A stretch of DNA of 64,000 bases from an uncultured Clostridia bacterium (GCA_944386595.1 CALXBQ010000046.1:12998-76997); one strand, 5' to 3'. Shown: positions 9,247 to 17,277, counted from the stretch's first letter. A program made the numbers and translations. The notes: generated by a model not told the origin, from the letters alone.

Positions 9247-10368
9247 CTATCTCTTACCAGGGAAAGAGGAAATTGCCACAGGTATTATTACCAGCGTAGA
9301 GATTAGATCAAAAAATACCAAACATGGATTATCAGAGTTCAAGTTAGTTGCCAAAATGAAATCTAATATTATCAGCTCTGATACTATTACAATCTTACAA
9401 AATCGACAAATGTTTTTCTTAAAATGTCCAACTCCCATTAAACCAGCTAATGTCCCCAGTGCTTTTTTCTCCAGAAGCATCAGCAGATATCGTACTGCAT
9501 GTACCCTTTCCTTTAAATAGTTTCGGAAAAATAAGCAAATCTTAATAACTTGATATTTCCCATTTCCCTTGTTTCCGTTGCCATGATTCTGAAGTTCATA
9601 AATCATAAATCTCTCTAGCCTTTTGTTTACTTCTTCGATCCGGATTTTTTGTGATAAAAGGCCGATGAATGAGTAAATATATATATAATGACATATTAAT
9701 GTAATAAGAATGTAACCTACTATCAGTGATATCATTAATATCTTTATTTCACTGTTCTCTGACTGAATAATGCCACGATAGATGTACATGACCCAATTTT
9801 CCCTGGTAAATAAAATTTGAAATTCAAACCACGCTAAAGGTAGAGATGTAATTCCTAACATCTTTTTCTGGTGAAATATGCTTGCTGTATTTATTTGTTT
9901 AATAAAAACCGCGCAGTAATTAACTATCTCCAATATCAATAAAAGTGCACAAACAAAACATATCACAAATGAAACAGTACTTTTCCCATGGTTGCTGCAT
10001 ATAACAAACGTGGTGGTTATAGCAATAAGCATTATCATATCTCTATATTGGCCCGGCTCGTCTGTAGCTGTACCATTTTCAATATCATTGATCAGCTTTT
10101 GTGGAATTTCAATATTAAGTTCCTTCTCAATGTTTTGAATTTCAGTAAGTTTGTGTTCACGTATCATATTAAAAATACCAAGAGCCACTTTTGCACAACA
10201 TATTAATCCAATCCCTGCGGAAGCCTTTGTAAAATACGAGATTAGATTAATATACAGTTCAATTTCCCCCGTATACGTGACAACATTGTAGTAAATTACA
10301 TATAGCGTTCCCACTATTATCACTGCAACAAAAATTTTCAACAACCGAACAAAAGTCTTTTCTTTCAT
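9247..10368 (-). CDS. hypothetical polytopic membrane protein (373 aa), very AT-rich
   Basis: At least 6 hydrophobic helices (LLKIFVAVIIVGTLYVIYY, VSFVICFVCALLLILEIV, ILMISLIVGYILITLICHYIYIY...). No recognisable motif. Ends in TAG. Confidence 0.65.
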   Translation of the reverse strand: MKEKTFVRLLKIFVAVIIVGTLYVIYYNVVTYTGEIELYINLISYFTKASAGIGLICCAKVALGIFNMIREHKLTEIQNIEKELNIEIPQKLINDIENGTATDEPGQYRDMIMLIAITTTFVICSNHGKSTVSFVICFVCALLLILEIVNYCAVFIKQINTASIFHQKKMLGITSLPLAWFEFQILFTRENWVMYIYRGIIQSENSEIKILMISLIVGYILITLICHYIYIYSFIGLLSQKIRIEEVNKRLERFMIYELQNHGNGNKGNGKYQVIKICLFFRNYLKERVHAVRYLLMLLEKKALGTLAGLMGVGHFKKNICRFCKIVIVSELIILDFILATNLNSDNPCLVFFDLISTLVIIPVAISSFPGKR

Positions 10369-10648
10369 ATCTCTTATCTCACAATGGCAATTTACGTTTC
10401 AGGAAATCACTTTTCCAGTAGTTGGAAAAATTGCATGCCAGATATCAAAAACGTTTTATTTCCCCTTCTCTCCCACCTAAAATATTTCGCTCTCACTTTA
10501 GTGCCATGCGTCAAGGCATGTGTCAATGTGTTGTCCAGACCATCACTGTATCCATTGCGCAAATCAAGCTCGATTAAAGTTCTCAAATACAAGTGGAACG
10601 CTCAGAGCAGAATAATATCGCGTTAAAGGGGTGCCTTTATGCCATATT

Positions 10649-11911
10649 TTAGATGCAATATCCTCCGGAATATTTAACGTCTTCCTGCTTAATACATTCA
10701 CATGCTTTAAAATACATTTGAATTTGTCCCAATGGTAATTTTGAAATATTTATTTTCTCTCTTTTTATACTTGCGAGAACATACTTCATCATCGGTATAG
10801 CTTTCAATTTTATACATACATCCAACAAGTCAATCACCAAATCCACACACATTATTAGACTAATCCCATCCATCAATTCTTTAATAGCCGCTAGAGCATT
10901 ATCAATCTCATTTTTGCTAACTATGTATCCCATTTCCAATTGGCTATGAAGCTCCTTTAAAAACTTAATTCGTGTACTATATTCAAATAATGTCAATGTT
11001 GAGTAATTATATATATCAATAATCTGCTTAAATAATTCCTTGACTCGAGCAGCATCGTAGAATTCCTTTGATCTCCTAATAAAATTAATTCTTTGCTCAA
11101 TCATTCTGCACCTCTCATGCACGCACTCAGTTGACAGCGTTCTCTCATAATCACCTATATCCTTATCTGCAGATTCTACAGCATATTTTATCAATTTCTC
11201 TCCCAATTCTTCGTATTTTCTCATATGTGCTTCCGAAACACCCGACGCAAACGGCATAAAGTGAATTACATCAACTTTACTAGGCATTGGTAAACTATCC
11301 ACATCCTCAAAACTGCTCCATATATCATTTAACACTTCTTCAGCTTCAAAGCCCCCATTAATTAAAAGTTGCAAGATATTTATTTTTAATTTCATTTTTT
11401 CGTCATCGAGTAACTCCATATCTTTTATATGCCAGTATAACTCTCTAATTACAGCTTCCTCCTTTGCCTTATCGCCTGTTTGTCGTGCAAGTCTAAGTTT
11501 AAAATCGTAAACGTGTTCAAGAATATTCAAATTTTTACTATCTTCTAGAACAAACAATCGATTCTTTATATCTTCATACTCCTCTTTATGCTTATCATCG
11601 TTCTCAATTAAAAAGAGGTAGTCCGTATATACCATGGACTTTATATTATTATCCTCAAAGTTTCTTGCCCTATCTACAGATTTTTGCATGAAAAAGATAG
11701 CTTCACCCATATTCCCTGCACGTACTGAAATATTTCCCATAAACGCATACAGCAAAATTGCAAATCTTTTATGAGATGCATCATCGATGAGATGACTTTC
11801 ACTTTTTAAAGCATACTCTCTTGCCCTTGGTAGGTTTCCCTGACAAAAATAAATCCTTGCTCGTAAGAAAAAGCATACCGCTTTATCCTTCTCTTCAGTA
11901 TCCTTTATCAT
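10649..11911 (-). CDS. TPR-like all-helical repeat protein (420 aa from the first ATG); possibly the C-terminal part of a 616-aa frame interrupted by TAG
   Basis: Helical-repeat text (FFLRARIYFCQGNLPRAREYALKS, LLYAFMGNISVRAGNMGEAIFFMQKSVDRA). No good SD before ATG 11911. The frame stays open 31 codons upstream, to the TAG of ORF 12005..12499. Confidence 0.6.
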   Translation of the reverse strand: MIKDTEEKDKAVCFFLRARIYFCQGNLPRAREYALKSESHLIDDASHKRFAILLYAFMGNISVRAGNMGEAIFFMQKSVDRARNFEDNNIKSMVYTDYLFLIENDDKHKEEYEDIKNRLFVLEDSKNLNILEHVYDFKLRLARQTGDKAKEEAVIRELYWHIKDMELLDDEKMKLKINILQLLINGGFEAEEVLNDIWSSFEDVDSLPMPSKVDVIHFMPFASGVSEAHMRKYEELGEKLIKYAVESADKDIGDYERTLSTECVHERCRMIEQRINFIRRSKEFYDAARVKELFKQIIDIYNYSTLTLFEYSTRIKFLKELHSQLEMGYIVSKNEIDNALAAIKELMDGISLIMCVDLVIDLLDVCIKLKAIPMMKYVLASIKREKINISKLPLGQIQMYFKACECIKQEDVKYSGGYCI

Positions 11912-12004
11912 TGATTCCGCTCTTGGAATATCACCAAGCGAAATTAAATGAGATGTTCGATCAATTAAAATGTGTGTCCATTCCTCCGGATATAAATATT
12001 CTGC

Positions 12005-12499
12005 CTAATTATTTAGAATCTCATCTAATGTTTTATATGCGCCAACTATATCTAGCATTGCACTTTGGTATTCGCTTTTTACCCTCAGATATCCTATTTT
12101 TTCATTTTTAAACTTACAATAACATGGAGGTTTCTCAATAAAATCCCTATGTGCAAGCACCTGTCCTTTCTGATACCATGCTATTTGACATTTAAATAAA
12201 GCTAATGGATTCTTAGCTATGTAGAAGATCTCTAGTGCCCATAAGATCAAAAAAACTGTAATACCTGCGCTAATTTCCAGTGAAATATGGATTTTAGTAA
12301 CAATATAAAGAAAAAAACATAAGCTGGTTATCCAAAACACAATTTTAAAATAGTTTCTTCTGTGCAAAATCTTTGACCATATATTGGAACCATATGACAC
12401 TATTCCATATCTCAAAACAAAAAACAATAGCATAAAAGGGACCAATACATATATTGTCATGCCGAAGCCTTTTGCTATTTCTAAGAAAAAATCACTCAT
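12005..12499 (-). CDS. hypothetical membrane protein (164 aa, ~4 TM), in frame with the downstream TPR-like ORF
   Basis: MTIYVLVPFMLLFFVL, IVFWITSLCFFLYIV and GITVFLILWALEIFYI helices. Ends at TAG 12007..12005. GGAGGG lies upstream of ATG 12499 and TGGTATAAT further upstream. Confidence 0.6.
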   Translation of the reverse strand: MSDFFLEIAKGFGMTIYVLVPFMLLFFVLRYGIVSYGSNIWSKILHRRNYFKIVFWITSLCFFLYIVTKIHISLEISAGITVFLILWALEIFYIAKNPLALFKCQIAWYQKGQVLAHRDFIEKPPCYCKFKNEKIGYLRVKSEYQSAMLDIVGAYKTLDEILNN

Positions 12500-12682
12500 C
12501 TTCTATACTTTCCCTCCAGAATTTCCAACTCAAATTGTAATGCAGGCAAATATATCAAAATTATAAAACAAAATGTCCAAATATAATTAAGCCTATAACC
12601 CATCATATTCAAGGGATATGCAAATTATACCATATATCAATAAGAGCAGCAACGATTCGGAACGTATGTTCGCACGATACGT

Positions 12683-12714
12683 AAAATAAAGGACCACATT
12701 TCTGTGATCCTTTA
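12683..12714 (-). terminator. rho-independent terminator downstream of paralog 2
   Basis: Minus strand reads AAAGGAUCACA-GAAA-UGUGGUCCUUU followed by AUUUUA. Confidence 0.6.
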
Positions 12715-12758
12715 TTCCGTCGAAAATCTCTTTTTCTAAAACATTACTTATGTTGCTG

Positions 12759-14675
12759 TTACGCGATTTTCTGAACTGTTGCGTTGGAAACTGCGTTCTC
12801 TCCGCCGATTACAACCAGGCCTACATAGTTAGGACTAGCTTTAACTGCATCGATAGTGTCCTGAGCTGCATCGATATTGTTCTGGTTTACGAGAACCAGA
12901 GGTGCATGATTCTGAGCTGCGAGAACTCCACCAGTAAGAGCGTCGGCATAATCCATTCCAGTAGCTACAAATGCATACTTAGCCGTACTCATATTTAATG
13001 CTGAATCGTAGCTATTGTTATATTTTGCCATTACCATCTGATTGGTTTCATATCTGTCGGCTCCGCCTGTACGAGTTACCGTAGCATCATACAGATCAGT
13101 CTCAGAAAGCTCATCTTTGATATCGTCACTTACAGCATTTCTTCCACCGATAATGTCATAAGTTCTATGACCGCCTCTAGTTAATCCGTGCAGATAGCTT
13201 CTCTGCTCCCTAGTCAGCTCAGTTCCAACAAGAAGAACAGGTTTTCCAGTAGCTGCTGCAGAGAGTGCATCTGGGTAATTAGTTCCAGATGCTACTAAGA
13301 TATTGTCGAGATTTGTCGGGTCAGCTCCAACCACTCCTAAAGCATCATATTCCTGCATAACCTTGATATTGGTGTCATATCTAGTCTCTCCGGCGATTCT
13401 CTCTACGTCAACATTGTACTGTCCGAGACTGTCTTCGAACTCTGCAGATACTGCGTTAGTTCCACCTACAATATAAACAGTGGTTCCTGCATAGCTTGCA
13501 GTGTTCTGATCAATGTATGCTTTTACTTCATCCTCGTAATCGCTATTTACAAGAAGTATCGGTGCATTCATAGCATTAGCCAATGCCGTTACAGAAAGTG
13601 CATCTGCATAGTTGGTTCCGGTAGCTACGAAAATCTTAGTGAAGTTACCAGCGTTGTCCATCTGGTCAGCTACGAGCATAGCTGTTTCGTATCTGTTAGC
13701 TCCTGCCAGTCTGTCATAGATGGCAAGTGGGTTCATATCGCCTCCCCAAGTGTAGGTTCTGAAGATTCCAGAAGTCTGATTGCCTTTTACTTCTAAGGTA
13801 ATATAGCAGCCTTCATAAGTATTATCCAGAAGATTGATATATCTTCCGTCCCAACCAATATAGCCACTACCAGTGTCGATAACCGTAACGTTCCCGTTCT
13901 TGTCAGTTGCCTTCCAAGTAAGATCTGCATAATCAAGCATTTCATCTATGGACACTTCTGTGCCATCGTCAAACGTGATGCTCTCAACTCTGTAAGCTTC
14001 ACCTTTAACTACCTGATCCACAACCTGTTCTCTATCATACTTGTCAAGTTCAACACTCCAATCAGCCGGATCAGCCTTAACAATCTTCACATCAGTAACC
14101 TTAGTAGGTACAGCGTTCTGATAAACAACGGTGTGATAGTCAGTGTTGGTAGCGCTTGCCCAAGGTCTAACTTCTACAGATACAACTGTTACAGGCTCTA
14201 CAGAACCAAGATCCCATCTGAGATAGTCTTCAACTCCTGCACTGGTGCCCTTCTCGTCAACATTCAGGAATACAAATCCGTTGGCAGTATCAACATTCCA
14301 AGAGAAAGTTGTTATGCTCTTTTCAATCGGATTGCCATCATGGTTTGCATTTCCATACTTCCAAACACCATCATTATCAAAGTTTGCGACATAATGGTAT
14401 AAATCACCATTTGTGCCCCTGAGTGTAAGGTCGATTTCCCAGATTCCACTAGTTCTGAGCATATCAACATTAACATCATAGGACTTGTCGGCGCTTATAG
14501 ATTCATTATAGGTGTTCTCAATGCCACCTTTGAGATCATTCGCATCGTCTAGTACAACCGCATTAGCAGTAGGCATATCTACCTTATCAGACGGCTCCCA
14601 GACAGCGAATACAGGTACAGCGCTGGTAACAACCATAGCGGCTGTAACTGCAAAAGCCACAAGTTTCTTTTTCAT
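12759..14675 (-). CDS. secreted cell-wall/S-layer-type protein, variable N-terminus + 3x CWB2 (paralog 2)
   Basis: Signal peptide MKKKLVAFAVTAAMVVTSAVPVFA. Three repeats of RLAGANRYETA...ATGTNYADALS...APILLVN. C-terminus is ...GGENAVSNATVQKIA. Confidence 0.9.
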   Translation of the reverse strand: MKKKLVAFAVTAAMVVTSAVPVFAVWEPSDKVDMPTANAVVLDDANDLKGGIENTYNESISADKSYDVNVDMLRTSGIWEIDLTLRGTNGDLYHYVANFDNDGVWKYGNANHDGNPIEKSITTFSWNVDTANGFVFLNVDEKGTSAGVEDYLRWDLGSVEPVTVVSVEVRPWASATNTDYHTVVYQNAVPTKVTDVKIVKADPADWSVELDKYDREQVVDQVVKGEAYRVESITFDDGTEVSIDEMLDYADLTWKATDKNGNVTVIDTGSGYIGWDGRYINLLDNTYEGCYITLEVKGNQTSGIFRTYTWGGDMNPLAIYDRLAGANRYETAMLVADQMDNAGNFTKIFVATGTNYADALSVTALANAMNAPILLVNSDYEDEVKAYIDQNTASYAGTTVYIVGGTNAVSAEFEDSLGQYNVDVERIAGETRYDTNIKVMQEYDALGVVGADPTNLDNILVASGTNYPDALSAAATGKPVLLVGTELTREQRSYLHGLTRGGHRTYDIIGGRNAVSDDIKDELSETDLYDATVTRTGGADRYETNQMVMAKYNNSYDSALNMSTAKYAFVATGMDYADALTGGVLAAQNHAPLVLVNQNNIDAAQDTIDAVKASPNYVGLVVIGGENAVSNATVQKIA

Positions 14676-14751
14676 TACATCCTCCTTCTCACTTTTTTCA
14701 AAAGTGAACGTGTTTTAGTTTGATAATACAGCAACATAAATTATCGTGATA

Positions 14752-14781
14752 AGAGTACCACAGGCTTCTAAATTTTGTCAA
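14752..14781 (-). promoter_or_regulatory. candidate promoter of paralog 2 (TTGACA-18-TGGTACTCT)
   Basis: Minus strand reads TTGACA (14781-14776), an 18-nt spacer, then TACTCT (14757-14752) preceded by TGG. The leader box AGCAACATAAAT lies at 14730-14741. There is no homopolymer. Confidence 0.4.
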
Positions 14782-15022
14782 GACACAAAAAACCTTGTGA
14801 AATCGCGGGAAATCATCGGAGTTAAATACATAATTGACAAAGACTGTAATTTTTTATCCGTCAAAGTACACCTACAAAATCTAAAGTCTACAATTATATG
14901 TCCGGCATTTTTTGATTTGTAGTTTCAGATTCTCTGTCGGAATGTTTGTTCAGAAAAATATACAAGAAATTTTTTCAAAAAAACAATTAAAGACTCGTCG
15001 GGTTCTCGGGACGTCTTTTCGC

Positions 15023-15061
15023 AAAAACAAAAACAGAACCCCGGTGCGAACCGAGGTTCTG
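15023..15061 (-). terminator. rho-independent terminator ending the paralog 3 transcript
   Basis: Minus strand reads CAGAACCUCGG-UUCGCA-CCGGGGUUCUG followed by UUUUUGUUUUUG. Confidence 0.75.
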
Positions 15062-15234
15062 CAAGAAACACCAACGCGATTTTTCTATGTTGCTGCATTA
15101 TCAAAATCTGACGGAGGTGTTTTCAGCTATTTTTTTCCGAATAAATGTCCGGAATACATATCGAGTCGCGACCACCTAGGTCGCGACTCAATATCCTTGA
15201 AAATCGTTTTTATTAGTCTATTTATGTTGCTATG
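15023..15234 (-). other. conserved structured 3' UTR module of paralog 3
   Basis: In mRNA order: an 8-bp stem GAAAAUCG/CGAUUUUC (15199-15247) encloses the stop codon and box UAGCAACAUAAAU (15220-15232). Next is a 16-bp GC hairpin (15158-15194). Then an inverted pseudo-leader with CACCUCC and UGCAGCAACAUA (15085-15120). The terminator is last. Confidence 0.55.
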
Positions 15235-17205
15235 TTATGCGATTTTCTGAACTGTTGCGTTGGAAACTGCGTTCTCTCCGCCGATTACTACCATACCTGC
15301 GTAGTCAGTATTGTCTGCAACTCTGTCTACAGTATCACTTGCAGGATCTGTTACGTTAGCATTTACAAGAGCCAGAGGTGCACCGTTCTGAGCTGCGAGA
15401 ACTCCTCCAGTTAACGCATCTGGATAATCCATACCGGATGCTACGAATACATACTTAGCGCTGTCTATTGTCGGTACGAACTTATCCATAACCATCATGT
15501 TAGTCTCGTATCTGTTAACGCCACCGACACGAGTTACGCTATTAGCACTGTATGCCTTTTCGAGAAGCTCATCCTTGATGTCATCGCTTACTGCAACTCT
15601 TCCGCCTACAATAACATAATCCACATCACTGTAAGTGCTGATCACATCATGTAAGTAAGTTCTCTGAGCCTTAGTAAGTTCATCACCCACAAGAAGAACT
15701 GGCTTGCCAGTAGCTGCTGCAGAAAGGGCATCTGGATAATCCATTCCGGATGCTACAAGGATCTCTCCCATGCTACCGTTCACCGTACCGATTCCACCCT
15801 TAGTCTCATCATTGTCAAATGCCTTGAGTACTTCGATATTAGTATCGTATCTGGTGTCACCGGCAATTCTCTCTACATCAACTACAAATTTCTTCAGTTC
15901 TTTTTCGAATGATGCAGATACAGCACTAGTTCCGCCTACAATATAAACCTCAGCGTTGTAGCTGGACAGATTAGCCTTGATGTAAGCAGCAACTTCATCT
16001 TCATGAGCTGCATTCACAAGAAGGATAGGTGCATCTACTTTGTTAGCGAGAGCTGTTACAGAAAGTGCATCAGCATAGTTAGTTCCGGTTGCTACGAAGA
16101 TTTTATCAAATCCGGTTCCGTCATTCATCTGGTCAGCAACTTTCATAGCGGTATCATATCTGTCATCACCAGCAATTCTCTGCTGGATTGCGAGAGATTC
16201 AGCATCCTCTCCCCATGTGGTTTCACCAAAGATACCGGAAGTCTTGTTACCGGTAACAGTTAAAGTTACATATGCGCCTTCGTACTTATCCGAAACGTAG
16301 AATTCAGTACCACCATAGCTCTTATCGTTAAGCTTATTTCCGGCAGCATCATACATATTCATTGCTGTTCCGTCTCTCTTGGTAACCTCCCAGCTAAGAT
16401 TTACATATTCTTCAACTGCGTTCTTGTCACCAGTTACATTCTTAACCTCAACCGGATTTCCATTATCATCAACAGTCCATCCGTTGATTACAGTTCCGTC
16501 ATTGAAAGTTATGCTTTTTACAACATACCAATCTTTAATTACCGGCTGATCTACAACCTGAAAATCTCCATATCTGTCAAGTATAGGGGTACCGGTTTTG
16601 TCAGCAAGAACAACTTCCACGCTAGCTACCTCGTCAGGAATCTGATTCTGGTAAACTACCGCAGTACCACTTACATCATTTCCGCCCCATCCTTCGAAAA
16701 CTACTGATTCTACATATTCAACTTCAGGATCAAGCTCTATAACGTAAGTTCTCTCTGTTCCATAAATGCCCTGATCATCGACGATCATTTCTACAAACTT
16801 CGTATCATGGGAAGTGTCAAATCTCCATGTCAAAGTGGTGATTCCACTTACACCGCATAAATCTTCGTTCGCTTCATGGCCTTTGATAAATACATGAGAG
16901 CCCGAATCACGATTTATTCCGAGAATCTGCTGGTATTCCTTGCCGTTGTTTCCTGTCATGTTCAGAACATACTGGTAGCTACCACCCGTTCTGTTCATGT
17001 CAACGGTTATACTATACTCAGCGTCATCAGTGATTTTGGTATGGTTGTAATTTTCAACAATACCGCCCTCCAGATGGGTACTGGTGAGTACGACCTCGTT
17101 ACTTTCAGGCACGCTGTCACCAGTAGCAGTCCAAGCAAGTGCAGGTACAGCGCTGGTGATCACCATAGCGGCTGTAACTGCAAAAGCCACAAGTTTCTTT
17201 TTCAT
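15235..17205 (-). CDS. secreted cell-wall/S-layer-type protein, variable N-terminus + 3x CWB2 (paralog 3)
   Basis: Signal peptide MKKKLVAFAVTAAMVITSAVPALA. Three repeats of RIAGDDRYDTA...ATGTNYADALS...APILLVN. C-terminus is GGENAVSNATVQKIA. Confidence 0.9.
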   Translation of the reverse strand: MKKKLVAFAVTAAMVITSAVPALAWTATGDSVPESNEVVLTSTHLEGGIVENYNHTKITDDAEYSITVDMNRTGGSYQYVLNMTGNNGKEYQQILGINRDSGSHVFIKGHEANEDLCGVSGITTLTWRFDTSHDTKFVEMIVDDQGIYGTERTYVIELDPEVEYVESVVFEGWGGNDVSGTAVVYQNQIPDEVASVEVVLADKTGTPILDRYGDFQVVDQPVIKDWYVVKSITFNDGTVINGWTVDDNGNPVEVKNVTGDKNAVEEYVNLSWEVTKRDGTAMNMYDAAGNKLNDKSYGGTEFYVSDKYEGAYVTLTVTGNKTSGIFGETTWGEDAESLAIQQRIAGDDRYDTAMKVADQMNDGTGFDKIFVATGTNYADALSVTALANKVDAPILLVNAAHEDEVAAYIKANLSSYNAEVYIVGGTSAVSASFEKELKKFVVDVERIAGDTRYDTNIEVLKAFDNDETKGGIGTVNGSMGEILVASGMDYPDALSAAATGKPVLLVGDELTKAQRTYLHDVISTYSDVDYVIVGGRVAVSDDIKDELLEKAYSANSVTRVGGVNRYETNMMVMDKFVPTIDSAKYVFVASGMDYPDALTGGVLAAQNGAPLALVNANVTDPASDTVDRVADNTDYAGMVVIGGENAVSNATVQKIA

Positions 17206-17277
17206 TACATCCTCCTTCTCACTTTGTTAAAGTGATGTTTGCTTTGATTAAGTTTTAGCAACATAAATTTCACAGTA

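Noticed and set aside
7304-12758. Interpreting the XRE/ImmA/PIN plus AT-rich cassette as a bounded mobile element or prophage remnant.
   Set aside because: I found no integrase, transposase, tRNA target or flanking direct repeats. Only the compositional contrast supports a foreign origin, so it is reported as an island and not called a mobile element.
15085-15196. A small protein translated from the plus-strand pseudo-leader (GGAGG at about 15112), for example ATG 15146 giving MSGIHIESRPPRSRLNILENRFY.
   Set aside because: The start codon and reading frame are not conserved in the equivalent segments of the other four units. Those segments conserve nucleotide structure instead.
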